A stretch of 64,000 nucleotides of DNA from the NCBI GenBank assembly GCA_951406725.2, contig OX597831.1, positions 57,660,001-57,724,000 of the forward strand, read 5' to 3'. The translations under genes were made by a program, and so were the position numbers. Every line of letters begins with the position of its first letter. The stretch's first letter is position 1. Source of the stretch: Octopus vulgaris. Its lineage: Eukaryota. The notes under the pieces are model-generated. The model saw nothing but the letters and a program-made list of their open reading frames with translations. It was not told the origin of the DNA and made no database searches. Positions 41,020 through 52,575 of the stretch are shown here, one piece after another.

Positions 41020-41248
41020 TTAACCCTTTAGCATTTAAACTGACCATATCCAGCCCAAAATATTCTACTTGTTTCATGTTCAAACTGACTAGATCCAGCC
41101 TTTCACACCTACCCTATAATGTCATTCTAAAAATAAACACTCGGATCATTGAAATCTTGAAGCTATGAGATAATACATGATTAATTCAAAACAATAGGAA
41201 TGAAAGAACATCACATTTGATAGGATAATCTGAATTTTAAAGGGTTAA
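41020..41248. mobile_element. piggyBac-like MITE, uninterrupted
   Basis: TTAA-CCCTTTA...TAAAGGG-TTAA; related copies near 12170, 21200, 53748, 55196 and 57635. Confidence 0.82.
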
Positions 41249-41911
41249 TCCTTCTGATACCAGCACACCTGAGACTGGCCCTAACTCTTAGATACAAACT
41301 TCATATTTTAAAGTGATCCGAATTTAAATATGACTGACAAAGTTATTTTACTAAATTCTTCAATAATTTTCAAAATTTACTGAAACAAAAGTTAAGGATG
41401 TTGACAGGAAGGAAGTACGAAAGGAAATGGGGAAGTGGCCATAATGATTGACAATTGTAGAGAGTGATTCATGGATTTTGAGCAAGGGCGATGTTTCAAT
41501 ATGAACACTAAAAGCATTGTCATTAAAATTAACGATGCTATCATTTTAGATTGATCCAGTTGGTTGTTTTAGAGTTTGAGTTACATATACTGATATGCTT
41601 GCATTTGCATTGTTATATATATATAGAAGATAGATGATGTATTTTTCATTGTGTGTGTGTGTAAGGACACACATCTGTATATTTACGTGTATATATGTAT
41701 GTTGTGCGTATGTATATGTATTTGGGTGTAGATTGTGAGGATGATCCGGTTCTTGACTGAGGATAGAAAACTTTGAATGACCCGTCCTTGTTTTTTTTTT
41801 TTTTTGTATCGTTTATCTGGATGTTTTGCGTTCTTGTCCCATTTTATATATATGTGTGTATGTGTGTGCGCTTGTATGTATATCTAGCTATCTATACACA
41901 CACTTTTGCAT

Positions 41912-41952
<41 letters not shown>

Positions 41953-42550
41953 ATGTATATATGTATATTTATCAATTAAAGGTGGTTCATTTTTGCTTGT
42001 TAGAAATGAAATTGATGTTAGAATGTTTTTCAAATAATACAAAGTTAAAAATGCTACAAAATATTATATGCAGTTATTTCCGAATACTGTTATTTGTATG
42101 TAATGATGCACAAGTGAAGTACCATTATGCTTGTAAGAGAAAGAAGGAGAAAGAAACAAATATGAACATGTGTTTATATTTCTTAAATATTTTCACATAT
42201 TTCATTTAAAAAAAAATGAAAAAATCAACCGTAAAGAAGTAAATGTCTTTGAGTAACGCTGGTGAAGTGGGTTATAGTCAGTGGATGTGTTCCAGTTTAT
42301 TTCATTACTTTTGATTCAGTGAAATTTCTAATTTACTTTGTATCAAAGCAGATATTATTGTTATCTTTCATCATCTTCATCATCATTGTTGTTCTTTTTA
42401 TAATTTTTCTGTATTGGCCTAGGTTGGATAGTTCTGCTGCAGCTCATCTCTCCATTTGTATTGAATCTTTAATATTCAATTGTTTGAGGCTTCAATGTTC
42501 TCCACTGTAATCACATCACATTCTCTCTTACTTTCCTTGGTCTAGCTTTC

Positions 42551-42585
<35 letters not shown>

Positions 42586-43360
42586 TACGGAGATGTACTT
42601 GCATAGCGAGTGACTTGATCGTGTGCTGGAACGAAAACAATTGCAGCGTGGAAGGTGTTTATAAGCCATTTAAGAAACACACAAATACCGTTAGATTCAC
42701 TTCAACATTTAAATTTAATTTGTCAAAATATTTTCGTCGCAGAAGTGAATCTAACGGTTTTGTGTGTTTCTTAAATGGCTTATAAACACCTTCCATGCTG
42801 CAATAATAATAATAACTCGTGATATATATTTTTTTGCTTGCACTTGCATTATTCTTTCATATTACATTCCAAACTTGTGCAGCACTTGTATCTCCTGCAC
42901 AAAAATCTGTTTAACAAATTCCACTGTGATTTTTGACTCGTGTATTGTCCGATGACAATATAGAAAGAAACCTACTTAGAGAATTCCGTCTGTCTAGTAG
43001 GTAAATAACTTGAAAAATTTGGTTTGGAATTGAGCCAAAATAACAACGACTTAGGAATTTCTCTTTATCTATGAATGATTCATTAGACATGTTAAAAATA
43101 AAATTGAACTCGAAAATAATACAAAATTGAAAACTTTTTTTTTTTTTTGCTTTGTATATCTTCCTTAGCCATGTCTCATTTTTAAACTTCAACCTTTTCT
43201 GTCAATGAAAAAAATAAGTACTCTGTCCTACTTAACATCCTGATTATATATCTACCAGAGTAAACACATAAATGTGAAACAAGGTGGAAAAAAGAGTACT
43301 CAAATACCAGAGGTAGAGTAATATGCTTTATTTAAAAGCATCAGAAATTTAACAAATTTG

Positions 43361-43417
43361 TTAACAAAACTGCCCGACGAACGGGAATGTGAAACTCTGA
43401 GTAACAGCTTTTGTTAA
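43361..43417 (+). ncRNA. Putative minimal hammerhead-ribozyme-like motif (variant core)
   Basis: CCGACGA-ACG GGAA TGT-GAAAC TC T GAGT A; helix I from TTAACAAAACTG / CAGCTTTTGTTAA. Confidence 0.5.
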
Positions 43418-44352
43418 ATTTCTGCTGCTTTTAAATAAAGTATATATTTATATATATATAAAAAGTTCAATTTTGCTTTTAACCTTTCAGAAATAAATAA
43501 TAAGAGTTAAAAATTAAAACCCCAAATATTTCATGTCCTATATTTTTGGTACATGGTCAAACAATTTTATTTGTTTATATTATAGCCATACTACTTACCT
43601 TTTAGAGAAGGCAAAAGAAGAAATAAATTTTTTTTAAAAATGAAAAGAAATGAACGAATATATTTGTTGACTTTTCCATCCAAAGAGTTTTTGAACTCTG
43701 TGTTTACGTGCTATAAGGCAGCAAGCTGGCAGAATTGTTAGCTTGCTGGGCAAAATACTTAGCCGCATTTTGTCCATCTTCACGTTCTAAGTTCAAATTC
43801 CTCTGAGGTCGACTTTGCTTTTCTTCCTTTTTGGGATTGATAAAATAAGTAATAAGTGCCATTTGAACACTGGAGTCGATTTAATCAACTTAGCCCCTCT
43901 CCCCCCAAACCTGCTGGCCCCTCTGCCACAATTTAAAACTGATATTTTCATGCTATTATTCATAGCTTTATCTATTTGGAAATTCCACCATTAAAAACGA
44001 TTTTATTTCATGTCCCTCAAAGATTTTAAATTCTTATGGTATAAACAAAATATATTACTATACTACAGTAGACAACACTATTAAAGGCTAATTTCTCTTA
44101 AATTCCATTTTCGCAAATATATGTTAGCAAAAAATTATTCTTATATATATGCAAAAATAAAATGCTAAAACAAACAAAGCAAAAGAAAAAGAACCCCAGC
44201 AAATTGAGTGCTTAAAATCTCCCTTTCTATGGCATTTGGTCATATTTTTCAATGCCTCTTTGTTTACATGAGGGAAGATGTTTCTTTCTGTATTGCCTCC
44301 AACAGGCATTACTCCCATGGCTAATATTGCCACTATTGTACTACAATTGCAG

Positions 44353-44427
44353 ATACACTGTGTAAAAATCTGGACCTTGCAGTTCCAGACACATTGCAGA
44401 AAAGTGACCCTGACCGAGCTTCTTCAA
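44353..44427 (+). CDS. CTDSPL2: CTDSPL2 coding exon 4 (DTLCKNLDLAVPDTLQKSDPDRASS)
   Basis: CTAAT branch-like site about 30 nt upstream, ttgcag acceptor, CAA|GTAAGT donor; 75 nt, phase 1 to 1 fits both neighbours; weak similarity to VKQLDM; symmetric, so could be skipped. Confidence 0.6.
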
Positions 44428-44595
44428 GTAAGTAACCAAACATATTCTGTTGTACTCCATCAACTATGCACCTCTGTACCAAAAGAAAATATCTTCAGAT
44501 AAAGTAACTAGCATAATGGCACCACATCTGTGCATCACAGCATCTTCTTTATAACAATGTAATCTTATAACTGCATATGATACTTTTTGCACCTC

Positions 44596-44630
<35 letters not shown>

Positions 44631-44636
44631 TGTATG

Positions 44637-44673
<37 letters not shown>

Positions 44674-44958
44674 TTATAAACAAACACACACACACATACA
44701 CACATACGAGTGAGCAAACAAAAGAAAGGTAAGGGCACTCAACACACTTAGTAGGAGTTAAATGTATTATTTAAAACAGATTGATTTGGTCCTGTGCTAC
44801 TCCAACTTTCGCAGACCCCCTAACAGGTTCCCGATTCATTCAGGCTCCCTTTAAGGGCCTGTGAAACTTAAAGTAGCATGGGACCAAATCAAACTGTTTA
44901 AAATAATATATATGTGTGTGTGTACTTACATATAAGAGAACAAAGTGTACGTACGCCG

Positions 44959-44989
<31 letters not shown>

Positions 44990-46168
44990 AATAAAATACA
45001 AAATGGGAAAAGAATGCAAAACATCCAGACAACTAGGTGATATAAAAAGGGACAAGACATCCAGATAGACGATACCAAAAAACAAGGACGGGTCATTCAA
45101 AGCTTTCTATCTTCAGTCAAGATATCCTCGTCTATCGGGTTGTTTTGTTGTCCCTTTTTGTATCACCTAGTTGTCTGGATGTTTTGCGTTCTTGTCCCAT
45201 TTTGTATTTTATATATATACATATATATAGTACAAAGTAAGATAGGGGTTATGAGGGTAACCCATTATGGGATATCAGATCGAAATGAATTTGTTCCTCC
45301 ATTTTCTTATTTGTATTATACACACACACACACACATATATATATGTATATATATATATATATAAAATTGTAAAACTGAAACCTCTCATATGGTTATTCG
45401 AGTGTCATATTTCTGAACCCCAGACTGGATATGAAGTGTGATATAAGTGATTTTGTTATTAAAAAATAAGGAGAAAAGTCTATAGAGAAAAGTAAATGAA
45501 AATAGGTGAGAAAGAAAGAAAATAAAAATCAGGCATTTTCATAATGAATGAAGTGTGTATGAAGGGGAAAGAGAAGCTTCTGTATGTTTACATGCTGGCT
45601 GATCTTTGGAAATAAAACTAAAAGTGAGTGAAGGATAAATTCTCTAAGTTGCATGGTTGATCTTGTTTGCTCCAGTCACACATGTTTCAGTGAAAATTTC
45701 AACATGATGTAACCTAACTATTACGGATGACATGCTCTTGTACTCTTGTTTACATGAAACCTGCTGTTTATATATAGATCAAAGTGTCTGTCAGGAATTA
45801 ATATTCAAAAAATTCTAAATACGGTAAGAAAATGAAACTAAGATTTGAATGCTATATGTAATACACTTTATGTTCAACAGTCTCACAACTCTGTCAGTCC
45901 ATGGAGGAACAATGGTCTGATGGGAAGATATTAAAACATTATATTCAGTATTGTTGAGGCATTTAGTTAAGCATTCCTTTATTTCTGCTACTTCACTATT
46001 TTAATTTAAGTAATATCAGCTTAAACTGTTGAAACATTTACTAGACATATTTAGAAATGATCTTGTCATGTTCTTCAAGAATTTAGGCCTAAAAATCTTC
46101 TGACAAATATTCTTTAAGATTTTGTCCTTGCAATTAGTAGATCAGAACTGTGAAGGAAACTTGAATAA

Positions 46169-46533
46169 TCTCTATATATATAAACAGCAAAATGTCTGTG
46201 TGTGTGTCCTTTATACAAATCCACAAATTTTCAGTTAGAGGGCCCGCACTTTCTATGGTCATTCAAAACCGTCCAAGGGTGGTCGTGCACATCTTTACAT
46301 TTCCCCAGTCACCCTGTAAAGCCATTAAAAAATCAATAGAAGTGACTTTTTCGTGAATTTTCTATCCAGAACCCAATCAAAATGCCCGAAACTTGATACA
46401 CCAATTGAATGCCAGCTAAGCTGTATGTGATTGGCCGGAGACTTGGACAGTACTTGCGTGTATGTGCACACGCACGCAGCTGTATATGCATGCACTAGCA
46501 CTATGACCCAGTGTTGCCAGGTCATAGTGCAAG
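46169..46533 (+). mobile_element. Non-autonomous Helitron
   Basis: A|TC start, terminal hairpin gcactatgaccc...ggtcatagtgc, CAAG|T end; opposite-strand copy at 59599-59974. Confidence 0.8.
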
Positions 46534-47028
46534 TATATATACACAATAATAGTTATTTCATTGGGGGTATTTAACCCTGGTATTTACCATATTCATTTCA
46601 TCCACAAATATTGGCTGTAATCCTGTGAGATGGTCTTGAATTAAAATGAAACAATTGCAAATTGAAGTATTAAAATCACTTACTCACTTCATGATTCTCA
46701 TTTGTCGCATGTGTTTATATATGATGCTATATGTATAAATATGAAGATGGTTCTCCAATTTATTGCTGAACAACCTGCAAGCAAATGATTTGTTTATAGC
46801 GACCAAATGTATATACAGTACATTATCTCACTCCCTCCATCAAATTGATGCTGCCTGAACAGGTGCACAGTATACCTTACATCAAATGTTGAAGTGATTG
46901 CAAAACAATATGAGATGAAGTGTTTTGCTCAATAACACAACACACCACCCAGTCCAGCAACTGAAACCATGATCTTGCCATCATGAGTGCAACACCCTAA
47001 CCACTAGGCCATGTGGCCTCACATGTGC

Positions 47029-47064
<36 letters not shown>

Positions 47065-48332
47065 ATATAATGATAATATTAGAATGTGATTCCAAACTTT
47101 CAGGGAAAAATTCAATTTAGTAATACTAAATCAAATTTCACAATATATAATACTTGTATATAAATTAGAGAAGAACCACCATGATATACCATGATATACA
47201 ACAATGATATACTTAAATCATACCATATAGAAAAAAATTAAAGATACGATAAAACAATTTACCTAGAACTAGATAAAGTATGAAAAAATAAATAGTATAT
47301 AATTATATACTATTTATATATTATTTCATAGTTTATCTAGTTCTAGGTAAATTGTTTTATCGTATCTTTAATTTTTTTTGTATATGGTATGATTTAAGTA
47401 TATCATTGTTGAATTGCTACATGGTGGCTCTCTAATTTATATACATATATATATGTAAAAAAATACAAACTGGGACAAGAACGCAAAACATTTAGAAGAC
47501 GATACAAAAAACACGGACGGGACATTCGAAGCCTTCAATTTTCAGTCAAGAACCGGATCATCCTTGAAATTTCAGCTGATTAATCTTGTGTGTATATATA
47601 TATATATATATACACACACACATAGTATAAAATAAGCACACTCACACATTTATGTCTGCGTTTATGTGTTTGTGTATTATACTTGGAAACCTACATCAGT
47701 GACTTAAGGGTCATGAGTTTTATACAGATGTTTACCTGTTTCAGTCATTTGAATGTGGCCCTGCTGGAACACCCCCTTGAAGGTTTTTAGTTGAACAAAT
47801 TGACATCAGGACTGTTTTTCTGTTTTTAAGCCTAGCACTTATTCTGTTGGGTCTCTTGCCGAACTGCTATGTTGTGGGGATGTTAACTCACCAGCAGTAG
47901 TTGTTAAGCAGTGGTGGGGTACAAACACAGACACCAAGACACATACACACACACACACACACACATGAGAAGCTTCTTTCAGTTTCCGTCTCCCAAATTT
48001 GCTCACAAGGCTTTGGTTGACCAAAAATTATAGAGAAAGTGCCACACAGTTGTACTGAACTCAGAACCCTGTGATTTGGAAACAAGCTTCTTACTAATTA
48101 GCCATGCTTGTAGTTAATTTTTTTCCTGAAAGCCAAATAAAATATGTTACTAGATTTATAGTTTATTGCTAGCATTATTTTTTTTTTTTATACTCCTTTC
48201 TATTTTAATAGTTTTTTTTTTTTTTACCACATTTATATTATGAGGACAGTTGTACAATGAAAAAAAAGTCTGGCAGCTGAGTTTTTAATTTTCTATTATT
48301 CTTTTAATTTTGTTTTTAAACTTTTCCTACAG

Positions 48333-48582
48333 GTAAAGAAAATGAAGAGCCTCCTGAGAGTCTGATCTCGTCCGTGTCGGAATCAGCGCTGGTAGATCCT
48401 GAGACAGGCAGCACTGAAGAAGACAACCTTTCCCTCCTTCCAACTACGGTGTCACAATCCAGTACAAGTGCATCTGAAGGGCACAGTGATGCAGACACTA
48501 GTGACATGGTTGCACCATTTCCCATTCCAGGTGAAGATGAAGTGTTTGAGGAATGGGAACCAGAACCAGAGCCATTTGATCC
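48333..48582 (+). CDS. CTDSPL2: CTDSPL2 coding exon 5 (acidic linker ...EEWEPEPEPFDP)
   Basis: Strong acceptor cttttcctacag; 250 nt, phase 1 to 2; ends in the conserved FDP; CC|GTAAGT. Confidence 0.93.
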
Positions 48583-48621
48583 GTAAGTATACTTATTTTA
48601 CTTAACCTCTTCTATTACCAG

Positions 48622-49135
48622 TGGAGGCGCAATGGCCCAGTGGTTAGGGCAGCGGACTCGCGATCATAGGATCGCGGTTTCAATTCCCAGACCGGGCATT
48701 TTGAGTGTTTATTGAGCGAAAACACCTAATGCTCCACAAGGCTCTGGCATGGGGTGGAGGTGAACCCTGCTGTACTCTTTCACCACAACTTTCTCTCACT
48801 CTTTCTTCCTGTTTCTGTTGTACCTGCATTTCAAAGGGGCCAGCCTTGTCACACTCTGTGTCACGCTGAATCTCCTCGAGAACTACGTTAAGGGTACACG
48901 TGTCTGTGGAGTGCTCAGCCACTTGCACGTTAATAAATGAACTGCGACGTCACTGGTGCCAAGCTGTATCGGCATTTGCCTTTCCCTTGGATAGCATCAG
49001 TGGTGTGGAGAGGGGCGGCTGGTATGCGTAGGCGACTGCTGGTCTTCCATAAACAACCTTGCCCAGACTTGTACATCGGAGGGTAACTTTCTAGGTGCAA
49101 TTCCATGGTCATTCACGACCGAAGGAGGTCACTCA
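48622..49135 (+). mobile_element. tRNA-derived SINE family E fused to a family D 3' half
   Basis: A box tggcccagtgg, B box gtttcaattcc; family D sequence from about 48935. Confidence 0.75.
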
Positions 49136-49199
49136 CTCTATTACCAGAAGAATGGGACAAACAGGTAAATCACAATTTTGCCCTCATCACACATTAAAA

Positions 49200-49360
49200 C
49201 TCATACATTAAATGCACCAGTTTTCATCTGATCACCGAAGTTAAGCAACGTCAAGCCCAGTGAGGTGGGTGACTGCTTGAGAAACCTCGGTGCTGTAAGC
49301 ATCTCACACTTTCAATGGTGGTAGCCCAGCATGACCACAGCTTTGTAGCTGAAACAATTT
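49200..49360 (+). mobile_element. 5S rRNA-derived SINE3-like element / 5S pseudogene with CR1-type tail
   Basis: tgatcaccgaagttaagcaacgtc...gggtgactgcttgagaa...ggtgctgtaagc is 5S-like; followed by cccagcatgaccacagc...gctgaaac. Confidence 0.75.
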
Positions 49361-49419
49361 AAAGGGTTAACCCTTTTGATATCAACCTGCCTGAAATTGC
49401 TCTTGATTGTGTGGTATCA

Positions 49420-49790
49420 TTATGGTCCTGAGTTGTCAAACATTTAAACCAAATTTTCTCAAAACGACTTGTCTGACCGTCCCATTTTGTGGCATTATTT
49501 CAAGCCAGCCAGCTTCTTTTGCGCAAATTGCACGTGCATTTTTCTCGTGGACGTGTAGTATCGATCACGACAGCTGATGTACTTGCGCGTTCAAATGCAT
49601 GTTTCCACAGCTTTATCGATCGCATTCTCACCTGGAATCGATTTTTGTAATTTTTTCAAGACTTATACTTATACATGCCCTGATACCATCGGTATCTACA
49701 TATCAAATTTGAGCGCAATCGGATGGAGGATGCCTGAGATCCTAGAAGACACACACACAGACAGACAGAACGGATTTTATGTAATAGATA
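49420..49790 (-). mobile_element. Truncated Helitron-like element
   Basis: Minus-strand 5' TCTATTAC..(TCTG)(TG) and an aaatttgagcgcaatcgg motif analogous to the 32113 element. Confidence 0.5.
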
Positions 49791-49804
49791 TATATATATA
49801 TATA

Positions 49805-50753
49805 GGCCATATCCCATGGCCCCTACCTGGGACGTAGTCAGTCCACCTGTGCATACCTTCCTCCTTGTGATACTTGTGAAGGCCTGTTGAGGCAAGTGAA
49901 AATCAAAATGAAATCAAAACAAATCAAATCAAATCAAATCAAAACAAATCAAAATAGATGAACATTAATGGAATTGTATCTTTGTGGTACCAGTGCCTGT
50001 GGCACACAAGAAAACCATCCGAACGTGGCCGTAGCCAGTACCGCATCGACTGGCCTCCGTGCTGTGGGCACGTAACAAACACCATCCGATCGTGGCCGTT
50101 CGCCAGCCTCATCTGGCACCTGTGTCGGTGGCACATAAAAACACCATCCGAAGACCCGGCAAGACTAGTCAGGCCATAACCTGTGGCCCCTACCTGGGAC
50201 GTAGTCAGTCCACCTGTGCATACCTTCCTTCTTGTGACAATTATGAAGACCTGTTGAGGCAAGTGAAAATCAAAACAAATCAAAATAGATGAACATCAAT
50301 GGAATTTGTATCTTTGTGGTACCAGTGCCGGTGGCACGTGGCACACAAGAAAACCATCCGAACGTGGCCGTAGCCAGTACCGCATCGAGTGGCCTCCGTG
50401 CTGTGGGCACGTAACAAACACCATCCGATCGTGGCCGTTTGCCAGCCTCATCTGGCACCTGTGTCGGTGGCACATAAAAACACCATCCGAGCGTGGCCGT
50501 CTGCCAGCCTCGTCTGGCACCTGTGTCGGTGGCACATAAAAAACACCATCCAAGCGTGGCCGTTTGCCAGCCTCGTCTGGCACCTGTGTCGGTGGCACAT
50601 AAAATCACCCACTACACTCTCGGAGTGGTTGGCGTTAGGAAGGGCATCAGCTGTAGAAACACTGCCAGATCTGACTGGACTGGTGCAGCTTTCGGGCTCC
50701 CCAGACCCCAGTTGAACCGTCCAACCCATGCTAGCATGGAAAGCGGACGTTAA

Positions 50754-50787
<34 letters not shown>
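49805..50787 (+). mobile_element. RTE 3' UTR with a duplication of about 367 bp, subrepeats of about 62 bp and a (GAT)n tail
   Basis: ggcccctacctgggacgtagtcag at about 49818 and 50185; gccagcctc.tctggcacctgtgtcggtggcacataaaa occurs 4 times. Confidence 0.8.
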
Positions 50788-50788
<1 letters not shown>

Positions 50789-51079
50789 ATATATATGAAC
50801 ACTATCAACCACATATACGGAATGTATTTGCTGGTAGGCTATGATTTGACATGAAGGTCATTACTCTCTCAAAGCATCAGGTGTTAGAACACCTAGAGAA
50901 TATATGTTAAGTATATGTGGTCGATGATGTTTATTACACTAGTGCTGTTTGTATTTCAAACTTGAATATATGTATATATAAATTTAAAATGAGGGTGAGA
51001 AATTAGATATTAATTTAATTAACATCGATTTCACACCAGTGGTCTAGCATAAAGAAAACTGAAGGTTCAGTAAAATTAT

Positions 51080-51118
<39 letters not shown>

Positions 51119-51401
51119 GGGAAACCACTACATGGACACCCATATGCTAGAAATAGATCTGCTATGGTTTTTACCACTAAGAAATGTTCTCAAGAAAAAT
51201 TTAGCAAAACAACCAAAACGTAATCGAGTAAGACAAAAGAAAAAGTAATATGAATAATCCATATTTTATTGCTTTTACTTTTGTCTTGCTCGATTACGTT
51301 TTGGTTGTTTTGCTAAATTTTTCTTGAGAACATTTCTTAGTGGTGAGACCGTAGCGGATCTATTTCTAGCATATGGGTGTCCACATAGTGGTTTCCCTCT
51401 A

Positions 51402-51439
<38 letters not shown>

Positions 51440-51777
51440 CTCTCTCTTTCGGAGAGGCACTGAGCAGCTATACGCACACATACACACACGGCAGTAACTT
51501 CCGCCTACCGAATTCAATCACAAAGCTCCGGTCGGCTCGGGGCCATAGTAGAAGACACCTGCCCAAAGTGCCACGCAATGGGACTGAACCCGAAACCATG
51601 TAGTTAGGAAGCAAGCTCCCTAATCACACAGCCATGCCCGCGCCTACATATATATTACATGTGTGTGTGTGTGGAGATTTGTGCACACATGGTTACACAT
51701 AAGTGTGTATAAAAGCTACTATATTTTCAATCGCTGTCGTCAGTGGTCACGTGTATAATTAATATCGTTATTTTCAG

Positions 51778-51889
51778 ATATCATTTCATCCGTTCACTTC
51801 CGCCTCTCACAGATGAACTGCGAGCACGTGCACCAGCACTGCCACTCAAGACACGCAGTTCGCCAGAGTTCTCCCTTGTTCTCGACTTG
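51778..51889 (+). CDS. CTDSPL2: CTDSPL2 coding exon 6 ([10 protein letters not shown]...[18 protein letters not shown])
   Basis: ttttcag / TTG|GTAAGT; phase 2 to 0; diagnostic [15 protein letters not shown]. Confidence 0.97.
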
Positions 51890-52575
51890 GTAAGTGTATC
51901 TTTCTTATTCTTTCCCTCATTCGCCTCCTCCGTTTCTTTCATGCTCTCATTCACTTTCTTTTTTTTTTTCTATTCTAATTATATATTTTTTAAATATACA
52001 CGGGAAACTACCACCTGTATCATCTCTTGTGAAAGGTAGAAGAGTCCAGTTTGCTGGACATTGTTGTAGAGCTGAAAACGAGGTAATTTCTACTCTTCTC
52101 CTCTGGAAGCCATCTGCTCGCGATGCCAGAGGGCACACACTCTCCTACCCTGATGTAATCTCCAGGGATACAGGCATCCTGCAACAGGACTTCTGTAATG
52201 CTATGATGGACCATGAAGTCTGGTATAACATAGTAAATTCTATTGTCTCGACCACGGCCGAACAATGATGATGATCTTCTTCCCCTCCCTCTCTTCATGT
52301 TTTCTATCTCTTTTATCCATATTTTTTCCTAATGTATATGATTTTTTCTAATAGAATATAGGTTGGATAAATCTAAATGTTATAATATTTTTCAAGAGTT
52401 TTTTTTATTTTTAATTTATGAAAGAATTCTTAATTTTTCTGTTCAAATGAGTTTTATTATTTAAATTTTATATAAAGTTTTTTTTTTTTAATTCTGTTAC
52501 AATTTTGTTTTCGTATTTTTAACATTGTTTTGTTCAGAATATCTCCTTTAATAAATGTATTGTTTTACATATTCT

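Noticed and set aside
44278-44502. ORF-track frame (ITPMANIATIVLQ...) as the true exon frame
   Set aside because: Ends in phase 0, incompatible with phase-1 exon 5; the other frame from 44353 fits
45095-45120. Complete hammerhead at minus-strand CTGAAGA
   Set aside because: No properly placed GAAA or helix III found; kept only as part of a fold-back element
49200-49301. Functional 5S rRNA gene
   Set aside because: Diverged, internally deleted, no poly-T terminator, followed by a retroposon tail
49939-50753. Overlapping ORFs and a CRISPR-like repeat periodicity
   Set aside because: Units are contiguous tandem repeats without unique spacers, there are no cas genes, and the context is a eukaryotic RTE 3' UTR
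51894-52268. 124-aa ORF as a host gene or exon
   Set aside because: C-terminal fragment of a LINE present three times in the window
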